From Bacteroidia bacterium (lineage in GTDB: Bacteria > Bacteroidota > Bacteroidia > NS11-12g > UBA9320), in contig JADLGN010000030.1 of assembly GCA_020849295.1 (NCBI GenBank), positions 75,692 to 139,691 on the forward strand: a stretch of 64,000 bases of DNA. The letters run 5' to 3'. Positions 1 through 10,150 of this stretch are shown in pieces. Position numbers and translations under genes: made by a program. The first letter of the stretch is position 1. Each line of letters starts with the position of its first letter. Below the pieces are notes generated by a model. The model saw only the letters and a program-made list of their open reading frames with translations. It searched no databases and was not told the DNA's origin.

Positions 1-1
1 A

Positions 2-1459
2 AAAGGAACAGTTATTTATAAAAAATCTGACGGCAAGCAAGTTCAACTTTTTAATTGCTCCGAAAAAGAAATGAGATTATTAAGAGGTAAAGAAATTTCA
101 TATATTTTTCAAGAGCCAATGACGGCACTAAATCCTGTTTATACTTGCGGTTGGCAGGTATATGAAGCTATTTCTACTCATTTTAATTTTGATAAAGTTG
201 AACTGAAATCAAAAGTATTAAAATTGTTTGAAGAAGTAAAATTACCAGACATTGACAGAATTTACAACTCATTCCCTCATCAAATATCAGGTGGACAAAG
301 ACAAAGAGTAATGATAGCAATGGCAATTGCTAACAATCCAAAACTACTAATTGCTGACGAACCTACAACTGCCCTTGATGCTTCTGTTCAAAAATCAATT
401 ATTGATTTGCTGGTAAAATTGGTAAAAGACCGAAACATGTCAATGATTTTTATTTCTCATGACCTTAATTGTCTAAAATCTGTAGCAGATGAAATAATTG
501 TTATGTATCGTGGAAAAATAGTAGAAAAAGGCTGCAGTAAGCAAATTTTTAACAACCCAAGTCACCCATATACAAAAGCACTTATGCAAACAAGACCTGA
601 CTATAAAAATGCAGGTTTTGTATTGCCTACAATAAGTGATTTGCTATTAGAAAATAGCGATGGAACTTTTATTGAAAAAAAATTTGAAAAATACAAAAGA
701 GAAAAAAATAAAATTGGAGAAAAAATATTGGAAGTAAACGACATCACTAAAGTGTATTCAAAAAAACTTTTACTTTCAAAACAACCTAAAAGTTCAATAG
801 TATTAAATGGAATTTCTTTTTCAGCAAACAAAAACAGTACAATAGGTATAGTTGGCGAATCGGGTTGTGGAAAAAGTACTCTGGCAAAAATTTTAACAAA
901 TCTTGAAAAATCATCATCTGGTAATTTTAAGGATTATACCGGAAAAAAAATAAAAATTCAAATGGTTTTTCAAGACCCATATTCGTCTTTAAACCCTAAT
1001 ATTACTGCCGGTAATGCAATTGCCGAACCAATTATTTTTCATAATTTATCATCAAGAAAAGATGCAAAAAATAAAGCATTAAAACTACTTGAACTTACAG
1101 GTCTATCAACTGATTTCTATAATAAATATCCTCATCAAATGAGTGGCGGACAAAGACAAAGGGTTTGTATTGCCAGAGCATTATCTACCGAGCCTTCTAT
1201 ACTTATACTTGATGAGGCAGTTTCAGCACTCGATGTTTCTGTTCAGTCTCAAATTCTAAATCTATTAAAAGATTTACAACTAAAACTAGACCTGACTTAT
1301 CTTTTTATTTCGCACGATTTGAATGTAGTAGGTTATATGGCAAATGAAATAATTATACTTAAAAACGGAAAAATAGAAGAACAAGGAAATACTCATGAAA
1401 TAATCAATAATCCTAAAACTGAATATGCTAAATTTTTGATAAACTGTATTTATAATTAA
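2..1459 (+). CDS. ABC transporter ATP-binding protein with two tandem ATPase domains (peptide/nickel Dpp/Opp-type). 5'-partial: the reading frame is open to the window edge.
   Basis: The frame of ORF 71..1459 stays open back to nt 2 (KGTVIYKKSDGKQVQLFNCSEKE precedes the listed Met). First domain signature is HQISGGQRQRVMIAMA with a Walker B LLIADEPTTALD. Second domain has Walker A GESGCGKST, signature HQMSGGQRQRVCIARA and Walker B ILILDEAVSALD. Confidence 0.85.
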   Translation, partial: KGTVIYKKSDGKQVQLFNCSEKEMRLLRGKEISYIFQEPMTALNPVYTCGWQVYEAISTHFNFDKVELKSKVLKLFEEVKLPDIDRIYNSFPHQISGGQRQRVMIAMAIANNPKLLIADEPTTALDASVQKSIIDLLVKLVKDRNMSMIFISHDLNCLKSVADEIIVMYRGKIVEKGCSKQIFNNPSHPYTKALMQTRPDYKNAGFVLPTISDLLLENSDGTFIEKKFEKYKREKNKIGEKILEVNDITKVYSKKLLLSKQPKSSIVLNGISFSANKNSTIGIVGESGCGKSTLAKILTNLEKSSSGNFKDYTGKKIKIQMVFQDPYSSLNPNITAGNAIAEPIIFHNLSSRKDAKNKALKLLELTGLSTDFYNKYPHQMSGGQRQRVCIARALSTEPSILILDEAVSALDVSVQSQILNLLKDLQLKLDLTYLFISHDLNVVGYMANEIIILKNGKIEEQGNTHEIINNPKTEYAKFLINCIYN

Positions 1460-1463
1460 AATA

Positions 1464-1865
1464 ATGAAAGAATTTTCGTCAGAAATAATAGTTAGAGGAT
1501 TTCACATTGATGTATTTGGGCATACCAACAACGCACGCTATCTCGAGTTTCTTGAAATTGCTCGCTGGGATGCTTTGAAACCATTGATAGAAAATGGATT
1601 TTTTGCAAAACGAAATTTGGGCTTTGTGGTGGTTAATATTAATATCAGCTATCAAAACCCTTCGTTTATAAATGATGTGTTGATTGTGAAAACACAGATT
1701 AAAAAAATAAATAACAAGAGTACAATTGTACATCAGCAAGTTTTTAATAAAAAAACAAACAACCCTATTTGCTATGCTGATGTAACTTTTGTACTAATGA
1801 ATTTAGAAACAAGAAAAGCAATTGTAATTGATAATGAAATAAGGAGTGTTTTTGAAAATTTATAA
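1464..1865 (+). CDS. Acyl-CoA thioesterase, YbgC/FadM-like 4HBT hotdog fold
   Basis: 133 aa. N-terminal IIVRGFHIDVFGHTNNARYLEFLEIARWD is typical of 4-hydroxybenzoyl-CoA-thioesterase-fold proteins. Confidence 0.7.
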   Translation: MKEFSSEIIVRGFHIDVFGHTNNARYLEFLEIARWDALKPLIENGFFAKRNLGFVVVNINISYQNPSFINDVLIVKTQIKKINNKSTIVHQQVFNKKTNNPICYADVTFVLMNLETRKAIVIDNEIRSVFENL

Positions 1866-1983
1866 ATATTCTGTTTTTAGAAAAAATTAAGTTTTAAAAA
1901 CCACTAATTGTTTGTTAGAAATTAGCTAGAAAACTATTAAATAAATCAAAGAGCAAAAAATAAATTATCTTTGTACAAACAAA

Positions 1984-3324
1984 ATGCAATTAAGCGAACT
2001 ATCATCCATAAGCCCTATTGATGGGCGTTATCGTAAAACCAGCAAAGAACTTGCAAAATATTTTTCTGAATTCGGATTAATCAAATACAGAGTACAAATA
2101 GAAATAGAATATTTTATAATACTTTGTAAAACTTTACCCGAGCTTTCAAAAATTAACATAGAAACATATTACAATTCATTAAAAAATATCTATAAGAACT
2201 TTAGTGAAACAGATGCTCAAAAAATAAAAGCAACAGAAAAAATAACCAATCATGATGTTAAAGCAGTTGAATATTTTGTAAAAGAAAAAATAAACGAAGC
2301 TGGACTTGGCAACTACTCAGAGTTTGTACATTTCGGGCTTACTTCTCAAGATATAAATAATACTGCAATACCCCTTTCATTTAAAGATGCAAATACAGAA
2401 ATTGTATTTCCTGAAATTGATAATGTGATAAACAAATTGCAAGTACTAACAGCAGAATGGCAAGAAATTCCAATGCTTGCAAGAACACACGGACAACCGG
2501 CATCTCCTACTAAACTCGGAAAAGAAATAGCGGTGTTTATTGCAAGACTAAATAATCAAATTGAATTATTAAAAGCTATTCCGTATAGTGCAAAGTTTGG
2601 TGGTGCTACAGGAAATATGAATGCTCATTATATTACTTATCCTAAGATTGAATGGCATGATTTTGCTGAAAAATTTGTTTCTAGCATTGGCTTGCAAAGA
2701 AGTTTTCCGACAACTCAAATTGAGCATTATGATAATATTGCATCACAATTTGATGCATTTAAGAGAATAAATACAATTTTGATAGATTTATGCCGCGATA
2801 TTTGGACTTATATTTCTTTTGATTATTTCAAGCAAAAAATTAAAGAAGGCGAAATAGGAAGCTCTGCAATGCCACACAAAGTTAATCCTATTGATTTTGA
2901 AAATGCCGAAGGTAACTTAATGCTGGCAAACAGTATTTTTGAGTTTTTATCAGCAAAATTACCGGTTTCAAGATTACAACGCGACCTTACAGATTCTACA
3001 GTACTTAGAAATATTGGAGTTCCAATAGCACATTCTCTTATTGCATATAAATCTATTTTGAAGGGTTTAGAAAAACTGATTGTAAACATTGATAAGATAA
3101 ATATTGACCTAAACGACAATTGGGCTGTAGTAGCTGAGGCAATTCAAACTATACTTAGACGCGAAAAAGTTGAAAAGCCTTATGAACTCTTAAAAGAGCT
3201 TACACGAACTAACGAAAAAATTACAAAAGAAAAAATACATAATTTTATAAATAACTTAACAATTGAAGAAAAAATAAAAGCTGAATTATTAAACATTTCG
3301 CCTCACAATTTTGTTGGTAGATAA
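1984..3324 (+). CDS. purB: Adenylosuccinate lyase
   Basis: 446 aa. N-terminal SPIDGRYRKTSKELAKYFSEFGLIKYRVQIEIEY and GLTSQDINNTA match PurB/fumarate-lyase-family motifs. Confidence 0.9.
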   Translation: MQLSELSSISPIDGRYRKTSKELAKYFSEFGLIKYRVQIEIEYFIILCKTLPELSKINIETYYNSLKNIYKNFSETDAQKIKATEKITNHDVKAVEYFVKEKINEAGLGNYSEFVHFGLTSQDINNTAIPLSFKDANTEIVFPEIDNVINKLQVLTAEWQEIPMLARTHGQPASPTKLGKEIAVFIARLNNQIELLKAIPYSAKFGGATGNMNAHYITYPKIEWHDFAEKFVSSIGLQRSFPTTQIEHYDNIASQFDAFKRINTILIDLCRDIWTYISFDYFKQKIKEGEIGSSAMPHKVNPIDFENAEGNLMLANSIFEFLSAKLPVSRLQRDLTDSTVLRNIGVPIAHSLIAYKSILKGLEKLIVNIDKINIDLNDNWAVVAEAIQTILRREKVEKPYELLKELTRTNEKITKEKIHNFINNLTIEEKIKAELLNISPHNFVGR

Positions 3325-3325
3325 T

Positions 3326-3694
3326 ATGCAAAAACCAACTTTAGTTCTTGGAGCATCAACAAAACCTGAAAGATATTCTTACAAGTCAATAGAGTTTTTA
3401 TTAAATCATAAACACAAAGTATATGCTGTAGGCAACAAAAATGGTGAAGTAAAGGGTGTAAAAATATATAATGATTTTACAGAAATACCCAAATCAGAAA
3501 TTCACACTGTAACTCTTTATTTAAATAAGCAAAATCAAAAAAACTGGTATAAAGAAATTATAGAACTTAAACCAAAGAGAGTTATTTTCAATCCAGGTGC
3601 CGAAAATTACGAATTTGAAGAAATCTTAAATAAAAAAGGGATTGAAACTATTGAAGCTTGTACATTAGTTTTGCTAAATACCGGGCAATACTAA
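3326..3694 (+). CDS. CoA-binding domain protein (YccU-like)
   Basis: PTLVLGASTKPERYSYKSIEFLLNHKHKVYAVGNK fits the CoA-binding fold. The ATG at 3326 is chosen over the listed TTG at 3311 because it sits just after the purB stop. Confidence 0.65.
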   Translation: MQKPTLVLGASTKPERYSYKSIEFLLNHKHKVYAVGNKNGEVKGVKIYNDFTEIPKSEIHTVTLYLNKQNQKNWYKEIIELKPKRVIFNPGAENYEFEEILNKKGIETIEACTLVLLNTGQY

Positions 3695-3702
3695 TTACTA
3701 TA

Positions 3703-4830
3703 TCACCATTTAAGTTTTTTTGTAAGTAAGCCTGCTAAACCTGCTGTTAAATAATAAAAAACCATTAATATGTCAAAAAACCAAAACAGAATGTAAATTT
3801 TGGTTATTCTTAAATTTTTCATGCTTTTGAAAATTATAACTGATTGTATTAAAAACCTGAATGCAAAAATCCCAATAATATAATATATAAAATCTATGCA
3901 AAATACTAAAGCCATTGCAAGTGATATATAAAAAAATATATGAGAAATATTGAATACTGCAAGATTAAATTTATGTTTTGCTTTATAAAATTTACCTATA
4001 TATATATGTCTTCTTTTTTGTGCTAGCCAACTACTCCAACTTGTTTTAGGCTCAGATTCAATAAAAGAATCATGTGTATAAATTACTGCTACATTAGTTT
4101 TATTAGCTGTTTCATTTACAAACAAATCATCATCGCCAGCCAGCAAGTGAATATGACTGGCAAAACCTTTAACTTTAAAAAAAAGAGATTTGCGATAAGC
4201 CATGTTTCTGCCTACTCCCATATATGCATTTCCTCTTAGAGCATAAGCAAAATATTGCATTGCTGTATAAAAAGTTTCCCAACGAATAAAAAGGTTTAAA
4301 AATGAGTTTTTTCGCTTGTATCTCGAATAGCCTAAAACAATTTCTTTATCATCTGTCATACCCATAGCCATTTCTCTAATCCAGTTTTGACTTATTGGTT
4401 TACAATCAGCATCTGTAAAAAGCAACCATTCGTTTGTAGCCTTTTTTATTCCAAGAGCCAATGCAAGTTTTTTACCTTTATGATATTTTTCTTCTACTTT
4501 TACATCAGTCCATTTAAGCCTATTTTCTGTAAGTGATAATTGTTCAATATAATCAGCAGTTTCATCCCATGAACCATCATTTATAACCAACACTTCAAAA
4601 TCAGGATAATTTTGTGCAAGTATTAGTGGTAAAAATTCTTTTAGGTTTTTTAATTCATTTTTTGCAGAAATTATAACACTTACAGGTGGTAAATTATTAT
4701 TTGTAAAATCAGTAGGCTTATCATAAGCAAATTTTGAATAAACAGATAAATAATATATTGCCTGAACAAATGTGAAAAAGGCAAAAGCCCCAATAATAAC
4801 CCAAAAAATAATAGTCATTGTAATCTGCAA
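3703..4830 (-). CDS. Family 2 glycosyltransferase with C-terminal transmembrane helices
   Basis: N-terminal TM helix. GT2 core VIISAKNELKNLKEFLPLILAQNYPDFEVLVINDGSWDET with D-x-D TDADC and a later Q-x-x-R-W-like region. 3 to 4 C-terminal TM segments. Confidence 0.75.
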   Translation of the reverse strand: MQITMTIIFWVIIGAFAFFTFVQAIYYLSVYSKFAYDKPTDFTNNNLPPVSVIISAKNELKNLKEFLPLILAQNYPDFEVLVINDGSWDETADYIEQLSLTENRLKWTDVKVEEKYHKGKKLALALGIKKATNEWLLFTDADCKPISQNWIREMAMGMTDDKEIVLGYSRYKRKNSFLNLFIRWETFYTAMQYFAYALRGNAYMGVGRNMAYRKSLFFKVKGFASHIHLLAGDDDLFVNETANKTNVAVIYTHDSFIESEPKTSWSSWLAQKRRHIYIGKFYKAKHKFNLAVFNISHIFFYISLAMALVFCIDFIYYIIGIFAFRFLIQSVIIFKSMKNLRITKIYILFWFFDILMVFYYLTAGLAGLLTKKLKW

Positions 4831-4894
4831 ATTTATTCTATGATATAGTTTTAATTAAAAAAAGATTTCAACTACAATGTATAAAAAAAATAAA

Positions 4895-6088
4895 TCAACT
4901 ATCACCGATAATTGGTTTTCTTACAAAGAGGTAAAAATATATCATAATTAAAAAAGTAAATATTGCAGTAGTAAAAAATGCAACTTCTGCACCAAACATA
5001 AACCATAAAAAACCGGTAAAACTACTTGCTATCATTGCACAAATACTCTGAAAGCCTGCAAAAGTTCCAATTGCAGTTGCAATTTCATCTTTTGGTGTTA
5101 TTAAACTAATCCAAGCTTTGATAATACCGTCTGTACAAGCTGCATAAATACCATAAACAGTAAATACAATTAAGCATAAATATAGATTTGTTGAATATAG
5201 TATTAACACATAAACGACAGTAAAAAATAAAAGACCTGATATAAATATGTTTTTCAAACCAATTTTATCAGCCAAAATACCTAACGGATACGCAAAAACC
5301 GAAAAAACAAGGTTATAAAAAATATAAATAGATATAACAGCAGTATCACTAAAACCGTTTTGTTTTAGTAATAACAATAAAAAAATATCAGAACTGTTGA
5401 ACAAAGCAAATACAAGCATACCTGAAACCAATTTTTTGTATTCCAAAGAGCTGTTTTTCCAATACATTATAAACGAGAAGAATGAGTTTCTATCAGAGTT
5501 TTCATTCAAATTTTTCTTTACTTTTTCTTTTATTAAGAATGAAAACAAAACAGCAAAAATTCCAGGTATAAAAGCAAGTATGAATAAATACAAATATTTG
5601 CCAGGATAATAATAAAAAAAAATTAATGCAAGAATAGGTCCTGCAACTGCCCCGAATGAATCTACAGAGCGATGAAATCCAAAAACTTTTGCTTTGTTTT
5701 TGGGACTACTTTCTGCAGATAATATAGCATCTCTTGCTCCTGTTCTTATTCCTTTGCCAAGTCTATCAATTGTTCTAACTGCAAATACCCATAATGGCAA
5801 TACCGATACTGCCATAAGAGGTTTTGAAATAGCACTAAGAGTATAACCAACCTTAACAAATGGAAGTCTCTTTTGGCTTATGTCTGACATTTTACCAAAA
5901 TACCCCTTACTTAAGCCTGAAACGGCTTCTGCAATACCTTCAAGAATACCAATTAAAAAAACAGAAAAACCAATACTTTTAAGATAAATTGGCATAACAG
6001 GATATAGCATTTCACTTGCCAAATCGGTAAAAAAACTAACAAATGAAAGTAGCCAAACTGTTTTTGTAATTATTTTCAAATCATTCAA
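4895..6088 (-). CDS. MFS transporter
   Basis: 397 aa, about 12 predicted TM segments. MFS-like loop motif GKMSDISQKRLPF between TM2 and TM3. Confidence 0.75.
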   Translation of the reverse strand: MNDLKIITKTVWLLSFVSFFTDLASEMLYPVMPIYLKSIGFSVFLIGILEGIAEAVSGLSKGYFGKMSDISQKRLPFVKVGYTLSAISKPLMAVSVLPLWVFAVRTIDRLGKGIRTGARDAILSAESSPKNKAKVFGFHRSVDSFGAVAGPILALIFFYYYPGKYLYLFILAFIPGIFAVLFSFLIKEKVKKNLNENSDRNSFFSFIMYWKNSSLEYKKLVSGMLVFALFNSSDIFLLLLLKQNGFSDTAVISIYIFYNLVFSVFAYPLGILADKIGLKNIFISGLLFFTVVYVLILYSTNLYLCLIVFTVYGIYAACTDGIIKAWISLITPKDEIATAIGTFAGFQSICAMIASSFTGFLWFMFGAEVAFFTTAIFTFLIMIYFYLFVRKPIIGDS

Positions 6089-6168
6089 AAGTAGAAAAAA
6101 TTTATTGTTTTATATTTTTTTTAAGAACGAAATAATTTTATCTTTGAAACTCTAAAAAAAAATTTAAA

Positions 6169-8913
6169 ATGAAAAAATTGTTATTAACTCTAAATTTATT
6201 ATTTATTGCATTATTTTCCATATCGCAATCTGGCGATAAGTATTTTAATGACAAAGATTATCAAAGAGCAATATTTGCTTACGAACGCGAAGCTCCTACA
6301 AATGCTTCTCTTTACCTAAACCTTGCAAAATCATATTTTGCTATGCAAAACTTTGAAAAAGCTATTTTATCACTCGAGCTTTACAAAGAAAAATACACTT
6401 CGGCAGATAAAACTTATGCAGATAATTTTATTGCACTTTTAAAAAGAGATGATGAAAAAGTGAAAGTTGAAAATCTTGGTTCGGTAGTTAATTCGTCAAG
6501 TAATGATTTTATACCACGTATTTTACAAGATGGTAAAACACTTTATTTTTTATCAGACAAACCAGGAGGTACAGGTGGTGAAGATATTTGGTATTCAACA
6601 CTTGACGCTAGTGGAAATTGGAGTACACCAAAAAATCTTTATGGGCTAAATTCTACCAGCCATGAAGGAATTCTAGCTATTTCACCTGACGAAAAAGTGG
6701 CAATAGTTTTTGGAAATTTTAAAGGTTCATTTGGCGGGGGAGATTTATTTTATTCAGTAAAAACAACTGACGGGTGGACTCCTCCATGTAATTTGGGGGG
6801 AGCAATAAATTCATCTAACTGGGAGTCGCTTGCTTGTATAGGTCCTGATGGAAAAACATTAATATATTCTACAGATAAGGGTAATGGTAACAAAAGTGAT
6901 TTGTATATTACATTTTTAAGTGAAAACGGTTGGAGTACTCCAAAATCAATTGGTAATATAAACACAAGCAGTAATGAAAAATATCCTTTCTTGGCTTCAG
7001 ATGGCAAAACTTTGTATTTTTCAACCGATGGTCGTTTTGGTTTTGGCGGAACTGATATGTTTGTTTCACGCAGGTTGGATGATAGCTGGACAAAATGGAG
7101 CGAACCTGTAAATCTAGGTAAATATATTAATACCTTAGAAGATGATGCAGATTTATCAATCCCTGCCTCAGGAAAACTGGCGTACATTGTTCGTCGTAAT
7201 TCACCCGAAGGATACGGAAATGGTGATATATACAAATTTCTGATGCCATATTCAATGAGACCTGAGCAATTATTCAAATTATATGGTTTTGTGTTTAATG
7301 AAAAAGACTCTGTTGCTGAAGTAAATATTAGATTTATTGATATGGCAACCAATACAGAAGTAACTAAAGCTACAAGTAGTGCAGAAAATGGTTACTACAC
7401 TGTTTCACTGCCATTAAACAAAAAATATCTTGCAGTAATAGATATGAAAGGATACTTATATTATTCAGAAGTAATAGACCTTACTGACCCCGACAAGTAC
7501 CGCAAACGCTATACATTTCAGCAAAAAATAAAGCTGCAAAGAGCAAGACTTGATGAACTTAAAATCAAACTTGATGCAATGAACATAGAAATGGATAATT
7601 TAAACAAAACAGAATCAACAAATCTGAGAGAAACATTTGATAAATATGAAAAATTGACAAATGAATATAATAATGTGCTTGAAGAAATTGAAAAACTTAT
7701 TTATCAGGCAAAATACGATTGGATGACAGAAAACGAAGAAGACCTATCTCTACAAAAAGATTTCCATGTAAAACGAGCAATAATAGGTGCAACTTTTGAA
7801 TTGAAAAATATATTTTTCGAAACAGGCTCAGCAGTTTTAAAAGATGACTCAAAAGCTGAACTTGACAAACTTGTAGAAATATTGAAAAACAGCGAAATTG
7901 TAATTGAACTTGGCGGACACACAGATAGCATTGGTTCTGATGAGGCAAATCAAAAACTATCACAAGACAGGGTAGAATCAGTAAAAAAATATCTTGTTGA
8001 CAAAGGAATTAATACAAATAGAATAGTTGCAGTTGGATATGGAGAAAAAACACCAATAGCTCCAAATGCCACACCTGAAGGCAGACAACTAAACCGCCGT
8101 GTTGAAGTTAAAATCCTAAAACTTCATTCTGACAAGGAAGGTAAAGATGTGGTAACAGATGATGATAAAAAGAAGAAAAAAGACAAAGACCCTGAGCGTA
8201 TTGAAATTAAAAAAGGAGAAATGTTACCTGTGCTTCAAGCTGCAGCACGTAAGGGCGGTCTTCCATCTGGCAGCGATTGTAATAGTGAATCATACACACC
8301 AAAATATACTTACAATAAAGGGAAAGATAAGCCATATAAACCAGGTTCGTACAAAACTCCATGGGAAAATATGTTTGATAAAGATAGACTAAAAAGAAAA
8401 GACAATATTTATAAATTATTTAACGCCAGTTTGATAAATCACAGATATAAGTCTATGGGAGGAGCCCAAGGAGTAGATGTATTTTTTGTATCAGAAAATC
8501 TATTTGAAAATCACTTTCAGTACTATTTTATTAATCAAGATACAGTAAAATATGGGGCTGGGTATATGGGTATAGCTAATACGCAATTAAAACCAATTTT
8601 ATCTCTTCCATTAAATATTATTTGGGGGCTTGATTTGAAATTTTTCCCTATTAAAGAAACTAATACAGCATATTTTAATCTAAATATTCCTGTTGGAGCA
8701 AGATTAATTTTTCCTTACAAAGGCTTTGTATTAGCCCCTGAATTTTATCATAGTTTCGGAATGAAAAAAACCAGTAGTTTCCCCATAATGGAAAATAGAT
8801 CTTATAATAGTGTAGGTGCAACATTAAGAATGAAAATTTTTCATTTCGGACTTTCTGCCAATGTGGGTAAAGAAATTAGTTACTTAGGATACCGTCTCGG
8901 CGTTTCTTTTTAA
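6169..8913 (+). CDS. OmpA-family outer-membrane protein: signal peptide, TPR, WD40-like PD40 repeats, CarbopepD_reg-like domain, coiled coil, OmpA peptidoglycan-binding domain, then an unusual 250-aa C-terminal extension
   Basis: Signal peptide MKKLLLTLNLLFIALFS. Repeated G(G/T)xD(I/L)(W/F)(Y/V)S PD40-type motifs. OmpA_C-like block FETGSAVLKDDSKAELDKLVEIL...GHTDSIGSDEANQKLSQDRVESVKKYLV...NRRVEVKIL. A Lys-rich linker and a beta-rich segment follow, ending ...GYRLGVSF. Confidence 0.85.
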   Translation: MKKLLLTLNLLFIALFSISQSGDKYFNDKDYQRAIFAYEREAPTNASLYLNLAKSYFAMQNFEKAILSLELYKEKYTSADKTYADNFIALLKRDDEKVKVENLGSVVNSSSNDFIPRILQDGKTLYFLSDKPGGTGGEDIWYSTLDASGNWSTPKNLYGLNSTSHEGILAISPDEKVAIVFGNFKGSFGGGDLFYSVKTTDGWTPPCNLGGAINSSNWESLACIGPDGKTLIYSTDKGNGNKSDLYITFLSENGWSTPKSIGNINTSSNEKYPFLASDGKTLYFSTDGRFGFGGTDMFVSRRLDDSWTKWSEPVNLGKYINTLEDDADLSIPASGKLAYIVRRNSPEGYGNGDIYKFLMPYSMRPEQLFKLYGFVFNEKDSVAEVNIRFIDMATNTEVTKATSSAENGYYTVSLPLNKKYLAVIDMKGYLYYSEVIDLTDPDKYRKRYTFQQKIKLQRARLDELKIKLDAMNIEMDNLNKTESTNLRETFDKYEKLTNEYNNVLEEIEKLIYQAKYDWMTENEEDLSLQKDFHVKRAIIGATFELKNIFFETGSAVLKDDSKAELDKLVEILKNSEIVIELGGHTDSIGSDEANQKLSQDRVESVKKYLVDKGINTNRIVAVGYGEKTPIAPNATPEGRQLNRRVEVKILKLHSDKEGKDVVTDDDKKKKKDKDPERIEIKKGEMLPVLQAAARKGGLPSGSDCNSESYTPKYTYNKGKDKPYKPGSYKTPWENMFDKDRLKRKDNIYKLFNASLINHRYKSMGGAQGVDVFFVSENLFENHFQYYFINQDTVKYGAGYMGIANTQLKPILSLPLNIIWGLDLKFFPIKETNTAYFNLNIPVGARLIFPYKGFVLAPEFYHSFGMKKTSSFPIMENRSYNSVGATLRMKIFHFGLSANVGKEISYLGYRLGVSF

Positions 8914-8940
8914 TAAAATAAAATTGCTTTTCATAAAAAA

Positions 8941-8969
8941 AGGCTGAAATATATTTCAGCCTTTTTTTA
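8941..8969. terminator. Bidirectional rho-independent terminator
   Basis: Hairpin aggctgaaat-atatttcagcct is followed by T7 and preceded by an A-run. It lies between convergent genes 6169..8913(+) and 8989..9501(-). Confidence 0.8.
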
Positions 8970-8988
8970 TTTTGAAAATTAATAAGTA

Positions 8989-9501
8989 TCAATCGCAGGC
9001 ATAAGGGCAAAATGACTGAGCCTCAAAACCATTTCTGTAAATTTGTTTCCCTGTACCTGCTGCAATTCCTTCAGAATTAAAATTACCTGCACTTAACAAT
9101 AAATACATAGTACCCTCTGGAGCCACAGCACTTGTAAGTGTAGTTGATATACTTTCATGGCTATAACCATACCTATAGTAAATTACTTTTTGTGTGTCTG
9201 ATATTTGGCTTATTACTGCTCTAAGTACATTTAAATCAATTGTTCCTCCCTGAAAACCGACAATTTTTTGTTCTGTTTTCATAAACTCATTTGCATATTT
9301 GTTTATTGCATCATTAGATATTGTACTTTCTACAAGTAAATTTTGATTTACGTTAGTATCTAAAACTATAACATTTCCTGTAGAATCAATTAAATTGCCT
9401 GTTGAATCGCAACTAAATGGCAAATTTCCGCTAGCACATAAGCCGTAAGTTACAATTAGTCCGGCTATTAATCCTAAGATAAAAATAAGTAATGTTTTCA
9501 T
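8989..9501 (-). CDS. Hypothetical small secreted protein, paralog A of a two-member tandem family; C-terminal FCPYACD motif
   Basis: 170 aa with an N-terminal signal peptide. The C-terminal half is alignable to ORF 9686..10150: GG(T/R)IDLN.LR, DTQK.IYYR.GY, YLL.SAGN.N and FCPY.CD. Confidence 0.6.
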   Translation of the reverse strand: MKTLLIFILGLIAGLIVTYGLCASGNLPFSCDSTGNLIDSTGNVIVLDTNVNQNLLVESTISNDAINKYANEFMKTEQKIVGFQGGTIDLNVLRAVISQISDTQKVIYYRYGYSHESISTTLTSAVAPEGTMYLLLSAGNFNSEGIAAGTGKQIYRNGFEAQSFCPYACD

Positions 9502-9685
9502 GGCATTTTTCTTTAATTTTTTATATTTTTTTATTCAAAAATATATCAATATTTAAATATTGCAAACTTTATTCATTCAGGGTTATGTTTTAAAAATTTG
9601 AAAATAAAGCTATTTTTTTTATAATAATAAAAATCAATCTGAAATTGCCAAGCCAATTACATATTTAATAACTATTAAAAAAAAA

Positions 9686-10150
9686 TTAATCACAATTATA
9701 TGGACAGAATGACCCATTTTGATATCCGTTTTTATATATTGATTTACCATTTCCAGGCAATGGTTCAGCATTTAAGTTTCCGGCACTCATTAATAAGTAC
9801 AATACCCCATTTGGAGAACCCGGAACTGGTGGATTAGAAATATTTTCATAATTGTAACCAAATCTGTAATAAATATATTTTTGAGTATCTGAAACTTCTT
9901 TTAATAGCTCTCTAAGTGCGTTTAAGTCTATTCTCCCTCCTTTATATCCTGTTACTTTTTGGCTGCTAGCAATAAATTGATTAGTGTAGGTATTCGATAA
10001 GTTTTTAAATTCTATTGAACTTATTTTTAAATCTTGATTAGAATAATTTATTTTACTTGATTTTTGTTCTTTTGTTTCAAAAAACTTTTCTGTTGCATAT
10101 AAGCCATAGGATAAAATAAATCCTAAAATCAAAATTAATACTGTTTTCAT
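9686..10150 (-). CDS. Hypothetical small secreted protein, paralog B of the same tandem family; C-terminal FCPYNCD motif
   Basis: 154 aa with signal peptide MKTVLILILGFILSYGLYA. Shares the conserved C-terminal blocks with ORF 8989..9501. Confidence 0.6.
   Translation of the reverse strand: MKTVLILILGFILSYGLYATEKFFETKEQKSSKINYSNQDLKISSIEFKNLSNTYTNQFIASSQKVTGYKGGRIDLNALRELLKEVSDTQKYIYYRFGYNYENISNPPVPGSPNGVLYLLMSAGNLNAEPLPGNGKSIYKNGYQNGSFCPYNCD

Noticed and set aside
601-831. Antisense ORFs nested inside longer, well-supported CDSs. Examples are 601..831, 1479..1739, 2823..3119, 6750..7352, 7697..7963, 18703..19053, 22619..23077, 25024..25380, 30207..30792, 47749..48144, 49254..49671, 55790..56400 and 58170..58437.
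   Set aside because: They lie entirely within, and opposite to, genes with strong family signatures. They show no motifs and are low-complexity. They are expected by chance on the antisense of AT-rich coding DNA.
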